In this document: piece after piece, positions 37,864 to 48,302 of the stretch | Layout: each line of letters opens with the position of its first letter | Numbering within the stretch: the first letter of the stretch is position 1 | Assembly: GCA_963778655.1 (NCBI GenBank) | Contig: CAVZVA010000009.1 | Span: 352,001-416,000, forward strand | From: an uncultured delta proteobacterium | GTDB lineage: Bacteria > Myxococcota_A > Polyangia > Polyangiales > JAFGIB01 | DNA: 64,000 nucleotides | Direction: 5' to 3' | Notes under the pieces: model-generated | What the model saw: only the letters and a program-made list of their open reading frames with translations | Databases searched by the model: none | What the model was told of the DNA's origin: nothing | Program-made: the position numbers and the translations under genes

Positions 37864-38817
37864 ATGACGCTCACCACGGCCACAAATTCCCGCTGTTTCG
37901 CTTTCGCCTGCTCGTTATCCCTGGCGCTCGCGTTGCCGTGGCTTGCGGGTTGCAGCCTGAGCGCGGTCGCAGCCGACACCACTGCGAGCTTTCTGGCTGA
38001 CGCCGCACCCGCCGCGCGCGCGTATTTCGACTACGAGACCGCCGGCTACGCCGCGGCCAACGGCTTGGTCCAGCTGGAAGGCTTGCATCGCGTCAGTCCC
38101 GGCAACCGCCGACTCACGCTCACGCTCGCCCAGGCCTACGTGGCCTACGCGTTTGGCTGGGTGATGGACCGCTACGACGCGGCGCAGCTCGCCGCGCGCT
38201 ACGAGGAAGCCGACCGGCAGAAGCAGCGCGCCTTTCTCATGTACGAGCGCGCGCACCAGCTGGTCGTAAGCCTGATGCGCGAGCGCGATCCGGACGTCGA
38301 CCGCGTGCTCACCGGCGACCCCGACAAGCTCGCGGCCTACCTGCGCGCGCATTACAACGACAAGGACCGCGACACCGAGCTGATCTTCTGGTGCGCGCTA
38401 TCCTGGGGCTCGGCCATCAGCAACGCGCCCTCGATCGACGCGCTGGTCGATCTGCCCGCGGTCAAGGTGCTCGCGCTGCACAGCGTGCACCTCGACGAGG
38501 GCTACGAGGACGCCGGCGCGCTGACGCTGCTGGGCGGCTTCGAGGCGTCGTATCCGCAGCAGCTGGGAGGCAACTGGGCCAAGGGCAAGGCCTACTTCGA
38601 GCGTGCGCTCAAACTGTCCCACCGCCGCAACCACGTGCATCTGGTCAACTACGCGCGCACCTATGCGGTCAACGCCCAGGACAGGAAGCTATTCCTGTCG
38701 CTGCTGCACGAGGTGATCGAGGCCGGCGACCAGGGCGACGACGTCCGGCTCAGCAACAAGGTCGCCCGCCGCAGGGCCGAGCGCTACCTGGCTCACGTCG
38801 ACGATTTATTCGAATGA
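37864..38817 (+). CDS. TRAP transporter TatT-component family lipoprotein (TPR-like)
   Basis: Lipobox LAGC; YAFGW, GGNWAKGKAYFERAL, DRKLFLSLL, N..ARRRA. Confidence 0.78.
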   Translation: MTLTTATNSRCFAFACSLSLALALPWLAGCSLSAVAADTTASFLADAAPAARAYFDYETAGYAAANGLVQLEGLHRVSPGNRRLTLTLAQAYVAYAFGWVMDRYDAAQLAARYEEADRQKQRAFLMYERAHQLVVSLMRERDPDVDRVLTGDPDKLAAYLRAHYNDKDRDTELIFWCALSWGSAISNAPSIDALVDLPAVKVLALHSVHLDEGYEDAGALTLLGGFEASYPQQLGGNWAKGKAYFERALKLSHRRNHVHLVNYARTYAVNAQDRKLFLSLLHEVIEAGDQGDDVRLSNKVARRRAERYLAHVDDLFE

Positions 38818-38850
38818 TGGGGTGCCGGGCGCAACGGCGGCGCGCAGCGA

Positions 38851-39573
38851 TCACTGACCGAGCTGGCGCAGGCGCTCGGCCGCGACCGCGCTGATCGCCG
38901 CCTGCAGGTTGTACGATGGCACGAAGCCGGCCATCGGCACCGCGATCACCGAGTCGCAGCACGACAGCAGCGACGGGCCGAGACCGTCGCGCTCTCCTCC
39001 GACCACCAGCAGCAGCGGCCCGGTCAGGTCGACCTGCCAGGGTCTCCGATCGCCCGTATCCTCCAGCGCGACCACGCGCCGGCCGGCGGTGCGCGCCAGC
39101 TCCAGCGTGCGCTCGGTGCTCTCCCAGAGCAGTGGCAGCACGCGGTCGGCGCCCATGCTGACATGGCCCACGCGGGCGCGCTGGGCGTGGTTGAAACCCG
39201 CGTCCACCACCACCCCGTCCGCGCCCGAGACCTCCGCGGTGCGCAGCGCGAATCCCACGTTGCTGGCGTACGCGACCCGATGCAGCAGCCATACCGCGCC
39301 GCCGCGCCCGAGCAGCCCGGGCAGGTCAGTGCGCGGCTCGGGCCCGAGCAGGGCCAGCGCGCGCTCGGGCCGCGGACCGCGGCTCATGCGTCGCAGGTCG
39401 CCGGCTCCGCCCCGCCATAGCGGCACCCCACGCGCCTGCGCGCGCTCGACCAGCGCACCCAACTCTGCCGAACGGTCGTCGCGCTCGACCAGCAGCAGGC
39501 GCACCGGCTCGCCGGCGGCGAGCGCTGCCTCGATCGCGTCGATCCCGGCGATCTGCCTGCGCGGCGGCGGCAC
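38851..39573 (-). CDS. TrmH/SpoU family RNA methyltransferase
   Basis: [28 protein letters not shown]. Confidence 0.9.
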   Translation of the reverse strand: MPPPRRQIAGIDAIEAALAAGEPVRLLLVERDDRSAELGALVERAQARGVPLWRGGAGDLRRMSRGPRPERALALLGPEPRTDLPGLLGRGGAVWLLHRVAYASNVGFALRTAEVSGADGVVVDAGFNHAQRARVGHVSMGADRVLPLLWESTERTLELARTAGRRVVALEDTGDRRPWQVDLTGPLLLVVGGERDGLGPSLLSCCDSVIAVPMAGFVPSYNLQAAISAVAAERLRQLGQ

Positions 39574-39579
39574 CCTGGC

Positions 39580-39834
39580 TCAGCCCCCGCCGCGCGCGTG
39601 CCGGCGCTCGATCACCAGCTGCAGCACGTACAGCGCGCCCAGCGCGATCAGCGGGGAGAGATCGACCGAGCCCGTGAGCGGTCGCAGCGCGTGCCGCAGC
39701 GGGTCGTAGATCGGGTCGAGCAGCGGCTTGGTCACGCTGCGCGGAAATTGGCTCGGCTTGAGCGTCCAGCTGAACAGGGCGTCGGCCACGATCAGCAGGC
39801 GCAGCAGGTTGAGCACGTTGATCAGCAGCCGCAC
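39580..39834 (-). CDS. yggT: YggT family membrane protein
   Basis: LFSW...DPIYDPLRH...VDLSPLI. Confidence 0.85.
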   Translation of the reverse strand: MRLLINVLNLLRLLIVADALFSWTLKPSQFPRSVTKPLLDPIYDPLRHALRPLTGSVDLSPLIALGALYVLQLVIERRHARGGG

Positions 39835-39987
39835 CAGCCCACGCTACCGCAGACCACGGATTCTGGGGTGGATCACGGGCTCGATCTAGAAAGAACGGAA
39901 ATATTAATATTATCGCCCCGTTTGCGGTGGGTGCGCGCCGGGAATGGGGCTACACTTGCGCCAGTCCTTCAGCAGGGAGAGTTCGCC

Positions 39988-40236
39988 GTGCGCCTGGGAA
40001 TGGGAGAGCTGCTCGTTGTCCTCGCGATCTTCATGCTGCTATTCGGCGCCAAGCGTCTACCCGACCTGGCCGACGGAATGGGCAAGGCGATCCGCAACTT
40101 CAAACGCGGCCTCAACAGCGATGACGAGGACGTGACTCCGCCGGCGCCTCCGAAGCAGGTCGCCGAAACCTCGAGCGCCCCGGCCAAGCTCGAAGGCAGC
40201 GCGTCCGAAGCGCAGCCGGCCGAGCCCAAGAGCTGA
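39988..40236 (+). CDS. tatA: Twin-arginine translocase TatA/TatE subunit
   Basis: [19 protein letters not shown]...[11 protein letters not shown]. Confidence 0.93.
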   Translation: MRLGMGELLVVLAIFMLLFGAKRLPDLADGMGKAIRNFKRGLNSDDEDVTPPAPPKQVAETSSAPAKLEGSASEAQPAEPKS

Positions 40237-40256
40237 GCGCGCGGCGCGCGCGCTGC

Positions 40257-41075
40257 TCAGCGCGACGAGATCGCGCCCAGCTTGCCGATCTCGAGCTCGA
40301 TACTGCGCTGGCCACCGCTGGCGGTGACCCCGATTGTGTTGTCGTCGATGCGCGAGAACACCAGCGTCATGCTCTTGCCGGACGGCGTGTGCAGCACGAA
40401 GGAGCCGGATTGCGGCGCTGGATCGGTCCAGCGCATCTGTACGCGGTCGATGTCGAGGTCCCAGCGTCCGCCCTGGCCTTGCCACGAGCGCGAGCCGCTC
40501 ACCTCGAAGCCCTCCGCGATGCCGCCGGCGAGCGGCTTCTGCGTGCGGTCGCCGCTGCCGGTGCCGGTGCGGTTGTCCGAGAGCCGAGTCCAGGTGAGCT
40601 GATGGACCACGTGGCGGCTGGGATCGGCCGGCGTCCAGGTGACGGTCGCGGTCCCGCTGACCGAGAGCTTGCCGTCGCTGAGCGCGTCCCAGCTGTGCTT
40701 GACCACGACCGCATCCATGGCGTCCTTCTGCACCTCGATGGTGTGGGTGCCGCGGAGGGTGTGCCCGTGGAGCTCGCAGTTGCCCGGGAGCGCGCCGTAC
40801 TCGATCACGAGCGTCGCGCCCTCGAGCGTGACTTGCGCGCACGGCAGCTGCGACTGCACGTAATCGCGGACCTGCTGCGCCGCCTGGTCGGCGGCCTGCC
40901 CGATGGTGAAGTCGGTGGCGAGCTCGAAGCTCGCCGAGGTCAGGGCCGCGGCTTGCACGTCGACCGAGGATTCTTCGAGTGCCTGCTGGGCCTCGGCCGC
41001 GGTCAGGTTGTCCCGCGGACAGCCAGTCAAGAGACCGACCGCCAGCAACGCCGCGCATGCCGTAATCCGTGCCAT
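40257..41075 (-). CDS. Hypothetical beta-rich lipoprotein
   Basis: Lipobox LTGC; GGAGG RBS; PQSGS motif near the C-terminus. Confidence 0.75.
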   Translation of the reverse strand: MARITACAALLAVGLLTGCPRDNLTAAEAQQALEESSVDVQAAALTSASFELATDFTIGQAADQAAQQVRDYVQSQLPCAQVTLEGATLVIEYGALPGNCELHGHTLRGTHTIEVQKDAMDAVVVKHSWDALSDGKLSVSGTATVTWTPADPSRHVVHQLTWTRLSDNRTGTGSGDRTQKPLAGGIAEGFEVSGSRSWQGQGGRWDLDIDRVQMRWTDPAPQSGSFVLHTPSGKSMTLVFSRIDDNTIGVTASGGQRSIELEIGKLGAISSR

Positions 41076-41331
41076 CGCCTACCTCCCTCCGCCGCCGCCT
41101 ATGATTGTAGGCCAGCGACGGGGGGCCTGGCTCACGCATCCCCGCCGCGCCGCCCGCCCACTCCAATTTTAGGTCGGATTGTGTCATGCTCCGCCATACA
41201 CGGGCCGCGACCGGAAACGGCTCGGGCCGCCACAGACCGACGCGCAAGCGCGGCAAGTCGGCGGAGCTCACGAGCAGCCGGCAGCATCGATCGGGCGCGG
41301 CAACAGCCGCAGCCCCCCGTCACGGAGAACC

Positions 41332-42450
41332 ATGTCTGAGCACGCGCAACCCCTGTTCGACCTGACCCTCACCGACGAGCAGAGGCTAATGCGAGACACC
41401 GCGCTTCGCTTCGCGCAAACCGAGATGCGTGCGGTCTCGCGCAAGGCCGACGAGGCGGGCGAGGCGCCCGCAGGCTTCTACGCCAAGGCCGCGGAGCTCG
41501 GCTTCAACATGGTGCCGATCGCGGAGCAGCTCGGCGGGCTCGGCGCGCCCCGCTCGCCGGTGAGCAACGTGCTGATCGCCGAGGATCTTGCCTATGGTGA
41601 CATGTCGCTCGCGATCGGCGCGATGAGCGCGCTCTCGTTCATCAACGCGGTGATCGACTGCGGCAGCCCCGCGCAGCAGCAGGCCTTGCTGCCGCCGTTC
41701 ACCGAGGACGGCTTCCGGGCCGCCAGCGTGGCGCTGATGGAGCCCGCCTTGCGCTTCGATCCGCTCGCGCCGCAGACCAGGGCGCGCAAGGACGGCGACG
41801 GCTACGTGCTGCAGGGCGTCAAGACCATGGTCCCGCTCGGCGGTAGCGCCGAGCGCCTGCTGGTGGTGGCGCAGGAGGAAGGCGAAGGTCCCGCGGCCTT
41901 TGTGCTGGCCAAGGGACAGCCGGGGCTGGGGGTCGAGCGCGAGCAGTTCATGGGCTGCCGGCCGCTCGAGCTGAGCCGGCTCACGCTCGAGCAGGTCAAG
42001 CTGCCGGCGAGCGCCAAGCTGGGCGAGGGCCAGAGGCCGTTCGACCTGCGGCGTTTCGTCGACCTCTCGCGCATCGGCATCGCGGCGCTCTCGCTCGGCG
42101 TGGGCCGGGCCGTGCTCGACTACGTGCGCCAGTACTGCAACGAGCGCGTCGCGTTCGGCGAGCCGATCACGCACCGCCAGGCCGTGGCGTTCATGATCGC
42201 CGACATCGCGATCGAGCTCGACGGCATGCGCATGCTGGCTTACCGCGCCGCATCGCGCGCCGAGCGCGGCCTCGATTTTCACCGCGAGGCCTACCTGGCG
42301 CGCATCCAGTGCGCGGAGAAAGGGATGAAGATCGGCACCGACGGCGTGCAGCTGCTCGGCGGCCACGGCTTCATCCGCGAGCACCTGGTCGAGCTCTGGT
42401 ACCGCAACCTGCGCGCGATCGGCATTCTCGAAGGCTGCGTAACCGTTTAG
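41332..42450 (+). CDS. Acyl-CoA dehydrogenase family protein (FadE24-like partner)
   Basis: ALMEP, GVK, RVAFGEPI, QLLGGHGF. Confidence 0.92.
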   Translation: MSEHAQPLFDLTLTDEQRLMRDTALRFAQTEMRAVSRKADEAGEAPAGFYAKAAELGFNMVPIAEQLGGLGAPRSPVSNVLIAEDLAYGDMSLAIGAMSALSFINAVIDCGSPAQQQALLPPFTEDGFRAASVALMEPALRFDPLAPQTRARKDGDGYVLQGVKTMVPLGGSAERLLVVAQEEGEGPAAFVLAKGQPGLGVEREQFMGCRPLELSRLTLEQVKLPASAKLGEGQRPFDLRRFVDLSRIGIAALSLGVGRAVLDYVRQYCNERVAFGEPITHRQAVAFMIADIAIELDGMRMLAYRAASRAERGLDFHREAYLARIQCAEKGMKIGTDGVQLLGGHGFIREHLVELWYRNLRAIGILEGCVTV

Positions 42451-42473
42451 ATGAGCCAACAGGAAGACCAACG

Positions 42474-43700
42474 ATGATCCAGCTCGAGCTTTCCGAACAG
42501 CACGCCGCGGCCGAGAAGATGATGCGGGAGGTGGCCAAGAGCCTTTTCCGCCCGATCTCGCGCAAATACGACGTCCAGGAGCATGCGGTGCCGGTCGAGC
42601 TGAAGGTGCTCGACCGCAGGCCTCCGCCGGCGCCGAGCGCGCGTCCGCCCGCGGCCGGGGCGCGCACTGCCGGCCCGCCCGAGAAGAAGGAGCACAAGAA
42701 GCCCGGCACGGTGCAGAACGGCAGCAACATGAGCACGGTGGTCAACGTCATCCAGATGTGCTGGGGTGATGTCGGCCTGATGCTGTCGGTACCGGGCGCC
42801 GGGCTGGGCAACGCCGCGATCGCCGCCGTGGCCACCCCCGAACAGAAGGAGCGCTTCGGCCGGGTGTACGCGGCGATGGCCATCACCGAGCCGGCTTCGG
42901 GTTCGGACTCGGGCTCGATCAGCACCACCGCGCGACTCGACGGCGACCAGTGGGTGCTCAACGGCGAAAAGATCTTCGTCACGGCAGGCGGGCGCTGCGA
43001 CTCGGTCGTGGTGTGGGCGACGCTCGACAAGAGCAAGGGTAAGGCCGCGATCAAGTCGTTCGTGGTGCCCAAGGGCACGCCCGGGATGGAGGTGGTCAAG
43101 CTCGAGCACAAGCTCGGCATCCGCGCCTCGGACACCGCCACCATCCTGCTGACCAACTGCCGCATTCCCAAGGACAACATCCTGGGCAGTGCCGAGGTGC
43201 ATGAGGGCGACAAGCGTGCGGCCTTCGGCCAGGTGATGCAGACCTTCGACAACACGAGGCCGGCGGTGGCCGCGATGGCGATCGGCTGCAGCCGCGCCGC
43301 GCTCGACTTGACCGAGGAGCTGCTGCAGAAGGAGGGCGTCACGCTCGACTTCGACAAGCCGCTTTGGGAGATGAGCGCGCGAGAGGCCGAGCTGGCGAGG
43401 ATGGAGGCCGATTGGGAGGCGTCGCGCCTGCTGGTGCTGCGCGCGGCCTGGATGGCCGACAACGGAGAGCCCAACTCGCTCGAGGCGAGCATGTGCAAGG
43501 CCAAGGCCGGGCGCGTGGGCAACTACATCACGCTGCGCTGCGTCGAGCTGTGCGGCAGCATCGGCTACGGGCAGCAGCAGCTGCTGGAGAAGTGGGCGCG
43601 CGATTCCAAGATCCTCGACATCTTCGAGGGCACGCAGCAGATCCAGCAGCTGATCGTTGCCCGCCGCATTCTCGACAAGAGCTCGGCCGAGCTGAAGTAG
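42474..43700 (+). CDS. Acyl-CoA dehydrogenase (FadE23-like)
   Basis: AITEPASGSD, LNGEKIFVT, KLGIRAS, IFEGTQQIQ. Confidence 0.95.
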   Translation: MIQLELSEQHAAAEKMMREVAKSLFRPISRKYDVQEHAVPVELKVLDRRPPPAPSARPPAAGARTAGPPEKKEHKKPGTVQNGSNMSTVVNVIQMCWGDVGLMLSVPGAGLGNAAIAAVATPEQKERFGRVYAAMAITEPASGSDSGSISTTARLDGDQWVLNGEKIFVTAGGRCDSVVVWATLDKSKGKAAIKSFVVPKGTPGMEVVKLEHKLGIRASDTATILLTNCRIPKDNILGSAEVHEGDKRAAFGQVMQTFDNTRPAVAAMAIGCSRAALDLTEELLQKEGVTLDFDKPLWEMSAREAELARMEADWEASRLLVLRAAWMADNGEPNSLEASMCKAKAGRVGNYITLRCVELCGSIGYGQQQLLEKWARDSKILDIFEGTQQIQQLIVARRILDKSSAELK

Positions 43701-43768
43701 TCAGGGGGCCCTGGTCCGCAAGCTACCCCGGCCCTGCGGGGTTGGTGTAAGCTCGGCGTCTCACCCAG

Positions 43769-44875
43769 ATGCGAGCGGCCACCAACGCGAGCGTGCGGAC
43801 GATCTGGCTCACGGCGCTGCTGATGCTCGCGGCGGGCGCGACGCGGGCGTCTGCTCAAGAGGAGTTCGACGAGACGCAAACCACGACGCTCTCGGATACG
43901 CCGCCGGGCGGCGGCGCGCAGCTGAGCCCGGAGCAAGCTGACCAGCAGGCGCGAGCGTTGTTCCAGCAGGGACGCGCCGCCTACGAGGACGGCCGCTATC
44001 GCGACGCCTGGGACTACTTCCGGCGTGCTTATTTGCTCAGCAAACGGCCGGAGCTGCTCTACAACGTAGGTCAGTCAGCCGACCGCCTGCGCATGGACAA
44101 GCAGGCGCTCGAGGCGTTCGAGCTGTACCTCAAGCGCCTGCCCGACGCTGGCAATCGACGCGAGGTGGAGAATCGCGTGCGGGCGCTCAAGGAACGCCTG
44201 GGCCAGAACGGCAATGCAGCAGCGACCGCGGGGGGCGCGACGCAGCCCGACCAGTCGACGCTGGGCGCGGGCAAGAGCGAGACCGAGATCTTCGGCTCGG
44301 CGCCTCTGCCACCTCCGCCTCCGCCCCCGCCGCCCGCGAACGGCCAACCGACGCGCACCGGGTTCTACCTGCGGCTGGCCCTCGGGCCGGGCTGGCTGCA
44401 CGATGGGATCAGCGGCGGCGGCTTCAGCGGCGCGATCACCTCGCTGACCCTGGGCGCGCAGGTGGGCGCCGGCTACGACATCGACCAGGGCATTGTGATC
44501 GGCGGCCTGTTCTCGATCGACGGAGGGCTGTCGCCGAGCGTGAGCGTGGGCTCGGCCAAGTCCGATCTGGCGTCGACCACCTTCTCGGTGCTGGCCGCGT
44601 TCGTCGACTACTACTTCGAGCCGCGCCAGGACGGCTGGCACCTGATGGGCGGGCTGGGCGGCGCCGCGATGACGTTCAGCGACCGTTCGGCCACCGTGGG
44701 CAACAAGACCCCCAGCGGCGGGCTGCTGCTGGTGGCCGGCGGCTACGAATGGCCGCTCGACAAGCAGTGGGCGCTGGGCGTGCTCGGGCGCATCGTGCTC
44801 GCGCGCCTGAGCGAGGATCCGCGCAACCACACCGTGTTCGCGCCTTCGGTCTCCTGCACCGCCGCCTGGTATTGA
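43769..44875 (+). CDS. TPR + poly-Pro linker + outer-membrane beta-barrel protein
   Basis: Signal peptide; TPR (LLYNVGQ); PPPPPPPP; GFYLRLALG...C-terminal aromatic residues. Confidence 0.75.
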   Translation: MRAATNASVRTIWLTALLMLAAGATRASAQEEFDETQTTTLSDTPPGGGAQLSPEQADQQARALFQQGRAAYEDGRYRDAWDYFRRAYLLSKRPELLYNVGQSADRLRMDKQALEAFELYLKRLPDAGNRREVENRVRALKERLGQNGNAAATAGGATQPDQSTLGAGKSETEIFGSAPLPPPPPPPPPANGQPTRTGFYLRLALGPGWLHDGISGGGFSGAITSLTLGAQVGAGYDIDQGIVIGGLFSIDGGLSPSVSVGSAKSDLASTTFSVLAAFVDYYFEPRQDGWHLMGGLGGAAMTFSDRSATVGNKTPSGGLLLVAGGYEWPLDKQWALGVLGRIVLARLSEDPRNHTVFAPSVSCTAAWY

Positions 44876-44965
44876 GGAGGCGATCGGCGTGTTCTGTAGG
44901 GCGGTCGCTTGACCGCATGGCCGCGGCGTGACTACCGTGCCGCCGTTTCGGTGCGAGCCGTCGTC

Positions 44966-46168
44966 ATGACCCCGCGTGCGTTGCCGTTGCTGTGTGTGCT
45001 CGCCGCCTGCGCGAGCGGGTCGGCGGTGCGTCCGGCTGCCGCCCCCGCACCGCAGGCTGCGGCTGCGCCGCAGGCCGCGGCGAGCGGGCCGATCGAGGTG
45101 CCCGTGGCGCCGGCCGTGGCCCCGCTGCCGCGCGAGCTGGTCGCGACCGACCTGCGCAATCCACGCGGGATGCTGCTCTCTGCGGACGGCTCGCTGTTGG
45201 TAGCCGAGGCCGGTACCGGCGACCCGGCCGACAATCTCACGGGACGCCTGCTGCGGCTGACCGATCACGACGCCGATGGCGACTTCCTGGACGCCGGCGA
45301 GTCGCAGGTGCTGCTCGACCACCAACCCTCCAAGAACATTCTGTCGATCGTGCGTCGCGACGAGGTGTTCGGTATGGCGGGGATGGCGCGCGGCGACGAC
45401 ACCGTGCTGGTCGCGCTGGCGTTCTTCGGCGGCCCCTCGACCGTGTTTCGCGTGCAGGGCGACACCACCAGCGTGTGGGCCACGACGCACGGCAACATCA
45501 ACGACCTCAGCTACGACCCGCGGCGCAAGCAATGGTTCGGCGTGGCCAGCACCACCGACGAGGTGCTGTGGCTGCGCCCGGGCGGCGGCGCGGAGCGGGT
45601 GGTGAAGATCCCGCCGCTGCCCGATGGACAGGACGCGGTGCCCGCCTACCTGAGCTTCGACCCGGGGAGCGGGGAGCTGCTGGTCACGCTGTTCAGCGGG
45701 TCGCCGGAAGGCGAGGAGGGCGGGCGCGGCGTCGAGCTGGTGCCGCGCGCCGGCGGGATCATCGGCGTCGACGTCGAGCACAAGCGCTTCCACTGGGTGG
45801 TGCGCGGGCTGACCGTGCCCACTGATCTCGAGGTCGCCCCCGATGGCTCGATCTACGTGCTGGAGTTCTGCGACGCCTTTCTCGATCCGGTGCCGACGCG
45901 CGAGGCGCTGTTCGCCGGACCCAGCCACGGCGGCTTCAAGCGCTTCTCCGGGCGCCTGCTGCGCATCGACCGCGCACACGGGACGGTCACGGTCGTGGCG
46001 CAGGGCCTGGACGCGCCTACCAACCTCGCGCTGGGAGCCGGCGCGCTCTACATCGCCGAAGGAATGGGCACGCCCGGCCGGCAGATCCCGGGGCCCAGCG
46101 GCCCGACCAAGCTGGTCGGCTTCATCGAGCGGCTGCCGCTGCCGGCCGGCGCCGGCGCGCCGCGCTGA
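44966..46168 (+). CDS. ScyD/ScyE-like beta-propeller lipoprotein
   Basis: Lipobox LAAC; LRNPRG, VAEAGTG, DAVP, VAPDGSIYVLE. Confidence 0.75.
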   Translation: MTPRALPLLCVLAACASGSAVRPAAAPAPQAAAAPQAAASGPIEVPVAPAVAPLPRELVATDLRNPRGMLLSADGSLLVAEAGTGDPADNLTGRLLRLTDHDADGDFLDAGESQVLLDHQPSKNILSIVRRDEVFGMAGMARGDDTVLVALAFFGGPSTVFRVQGDTTSVWATTHGNINDLSYDPRRKQWFGVASTTDEVLWLRPGGGAERVVKIPPLPDGQDAVPAYLSFDPGSGELLVTLFSGSPEGEEGGRGVELVPRAGGIIGVDVEHKRFHWVVRGLTVPTDLEVAPDGSIYVLEFCDAFLDPVPTREALFAGPSHGGFKRFSGRLLRIDRAHGTVTVVAQGLDAPTNLALGAGALYIAEGMGTPGRQIPGPSGPTKLVGFIERLPLPAGAGAPR

Positions 46169-46235
46169 GGGGGGGGCGAGTCCCGCACATGGCGCTTGCT
46201 TCGGTGCGCCCGGGACCGCTAAATTCGGTATTGAG

Positions 46236-46934
46236 GTGGCCAAGCGCGACACCCGGCGAGAGCTCATCCTGGCAGCGGAGCGCCTGTTCGCCGAGCGCGG
46301 CATCGAAGGGGTTTCCCTGCGCGAGATCAACCTCGCGGCCAAGCAGCGCAACACCTCGGCGGCGCACTACCACTTCGGCTCCAAGGACGCGCTAGTCGAC
46401 GCGATCTTCGAGTTTCGGCGCGCTGAGGTCGGGCGACGCCGCGACGAGGTGCTCGATTCGCTCGACGCCGGGGAGCGGCCGCTCGACGCCAAGGGTCTGG
46501 CCGAGGCGCTCATCCTGCCGCTGGCGCGCGAGATGCAGCGCGACGACGGGGGCAGCCGCTACCTGGAGTTCCTGGGCCACCTGTTCTTGACCTCGCCCAC
46601 CAAGACCGGCGACATCCTGCGCAAGCACCAGGCCGCCGACGCGCGCTGGGTCAGCATGGCGTCCCGGGCCTTGCCTCACATGCCGCGCCGCATCCTGTGG
46701 ACGCGCCTGCTGCTGATGGGGCGGCACGTGGTGATCTCGCTCGCGTCCTATCAGCGGCGCGGTCTGGGCATCGACGACGTCGGCTTCGAGGCCTACCTGA
46801 GCGACATGATCGACGCGGTGGCCGGCTACCTCGCCGCGCAGCCTTCGGAGCGCACGCTGACGCTGCTGCGCGCCCGCAGCGAGAATGTGCAGGTCGAGCG
46901 ATCCGTCGCCCTGCCTCCGGCAAAGACCAAGTGA
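46236..46934 (+). CDS. TetR/AcrR family transcriptional regulator
   Basis: [16 protein letters not shown]...[10 protein letters not shown]. Confidence 0.92.
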   Translation: MAKRDTRRELILAAERLFAERGIEGVSLREINLAAKQRNTSAAHYHFGSKDALVDAIFEFRRAEVGRRRDEVLDSLDAGERPLDAKGLAEALILPLAREMQRDDGGSRYLEFLGHLFLTSPTKTGDILRKHQAADARWVSMASRALPHMPRRILWTRLLLMGRHVVISLASYQRRGLGIDDVGFEAYLSDMIDAVAGYLAAQPSERTLTLLRARSENVQVERSVALPPAKTK

Positions 46935-47040
46935 ATGCGCGGCCTTGGCCGGCGCCGCCGGGGTGCGCGGCTTGCGCGGGGGGCCGATCCTTGATACAAG
47001 GCCAGCCCCGCCGCGAGGACTTGGCAGAGGAGCATCCGGC

Positions 47041-47292
47041 ATGGCACGCGTGACCGTAGAGGACTGTCTGGAGCATGAGGAAAACCGCTTCGCGCTGTGC
47101 ATCCTCGCGGCCAAGCGCACGCGCCAGCTCAACCGCGGCGTTCCGGCGCTGGTCGAGAGCAAGAACCGTGCGGCCGTCACCTCGCTGCGCGAGATCGCCG
47201 CGGGGCGCGTGAAGTACTCGCGTCCGGTCCGAGGGCTGGTCGAAGAGCACATTCAGGAGGCGAAGGCTCTAGTCGACGCCCAAGACGGCTGA
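47041..47292 (+). CDS. rpoZ: RNA polymerase omega subunit
   Basis: [14 protein letters not shown]...AAKRTRQL...LREIA; GAGGAG RBS. Confidence 0.97.
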   Translation: MARVTVEDCLEHEENRFALCILAAKRTRQLNRGVPALVESKNRAAVTSLREIAAGRVKYSRPVRGLVEEHIQEAKALVDAQDG

Positions 47293-47296
47293 GCCT

Positions 47297-47492
47297 GTTC
47301 CCGCCCAGAAACGTCCAGGAGCGGCTTAGCTCCTCGGTCCGGCCCTGCGACGTACTGAGAGTACGCCTCGGTCCGGCCCTGCGGGGGCGCTCGCTCCTGA
47401 ACGATTCTGGACGGGAACTGGGATGCCAGCAGCGTCCAGGAGCGGCTTAGCTCCTCGGTCCGGCCCTGCGACGTACTGAGAGTACGCCTCGG
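47297..47492. repeat. REP/MITE-like palindromic element (47297-47418) plus a truncated tandem second copy
   Basis: 27-bp imperfect terminal IRs; 60-bp exact direct repeat at 47312-47371 and 47433-47492. Confidence 0.8.
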
Positions 47493-47494
47493 GC

Positions 47495-48097
47495 TCACTT
47501 CGTGGGGGCCGGCTGCCAGATCTCGGCCTCCAGATTCAGCTCGACCTGGTCGCTGACGATGGCGATGCCTTCGATCAAGCCGCTGAAGGTGAGCCCGAAG
47601 TCCTTGCGATTGATCTTCGCGTGCGCCTCGTAGCCGGCGCGACGTTGCGGTCCGTGGCCGAAGTCGACCGTGTGCATACCCTCGAGCTCGCCCTCGAACT
47701 TCACGTTCTTGGTCGTGCCGTGGATGGTGAGCGCGACGGTCGCGGTGAAGGCGTTGCCCTTCCACTTGATGCTCTTGAGCACCAGCTTCAGCGTCGGGAA
47801 CTTGTCGGCCGCCAGGAAGTTGTCGGAGCGCAGGTCGTTGTCGCGCTTCTCCACACCGGTGTCGATCGACTTGGCCTCGGCCTCGGCCTCCAGCTTGGTG
47901 AGCTTGCCGGTCTTGGAATCCGCCTCGAGCTTGGCCGAGAACTTGGTGAATTCCCCGTGCACCTTGGCGAATGCGAGATGGCGTGCGGTGAAGCCGATGT
48001 GGCTGTGGGCGGGGTCCAGGTTCCAGGCGCTGGCCTGGGCCTGGGCTCCGGTCGCGAACAGGGACAGGGCGAGCAGCACAAAGAGACGTTGGGTCAT
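47495..48097 (-). CDS. YceI family protein
   Basis: WNLDPAHS, SIDTG..RDNDLRS.NF, INRKDFGL. Confidence 0.93.
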   Translation of the reverse strand: MTQRLFVLLALSLFATGAQAQASAWNLDPAHSHIGFTARHLAFAKVHGEFTKFSAKLEADSKTGKLTKLEAEAEAKSIDTGVEKRDNDLRSDNFLAADKFPTLKLVLKSIKWKGNAFTATVALTIHGTTKNVKFEGELEGMHTVDFGHGPQRRAGYEAHAKINRKDFGLTFSGLIEGIAIVSDQVELNLEAEIWQPAPTK

Positions 48098-48230
48098 GGT
48101 CGATCCTCCCGAGCACGGGTGAGGCCGGTCATCCGCGCCCCCTCCCTGCATCCACAGGCAAAGTACGTCCGCCGGCGGTCATCGTTACATAGCCACCGGC
48201 GCGCTCCAGCAATAGACGGCGGTCAGGCAC

Positions 48231-48269
48231 GGACGATGCAGTGGGACGATGCAGTGGGACGGTGCAATG
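48231..48269. repeat. 13-bp tandem repeat x3
   Basis: GGACGATGCAGTG, GGACGATGCAGTG, GGACGGTGCAATG. Confidence 0.7.
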
Positions 48270-48302
48270 TGGCGGACACGCGGCGCGCCCGATCGGCTGC
48301 GC

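Noticed and set aside
37864..40236. Functional link between TatT and TatA
   Set aside because: The names are similar but the systems are unrelated, and the genes are separated by opposite-strand genes
44966..46168. Scytonemin biosynthesis cluster
   Set aside because: Only a ScyD/E-like propeller is present. No scyB/scyC, and the TPP enzyme at 48303 is not co-operonic
47312..47492. CRISPR array interpretation of the 60-bp direct repeat
   Set aside because: Only two copies, too long, the intervening sequence is part of the palindromic unit, and no cas genes are present
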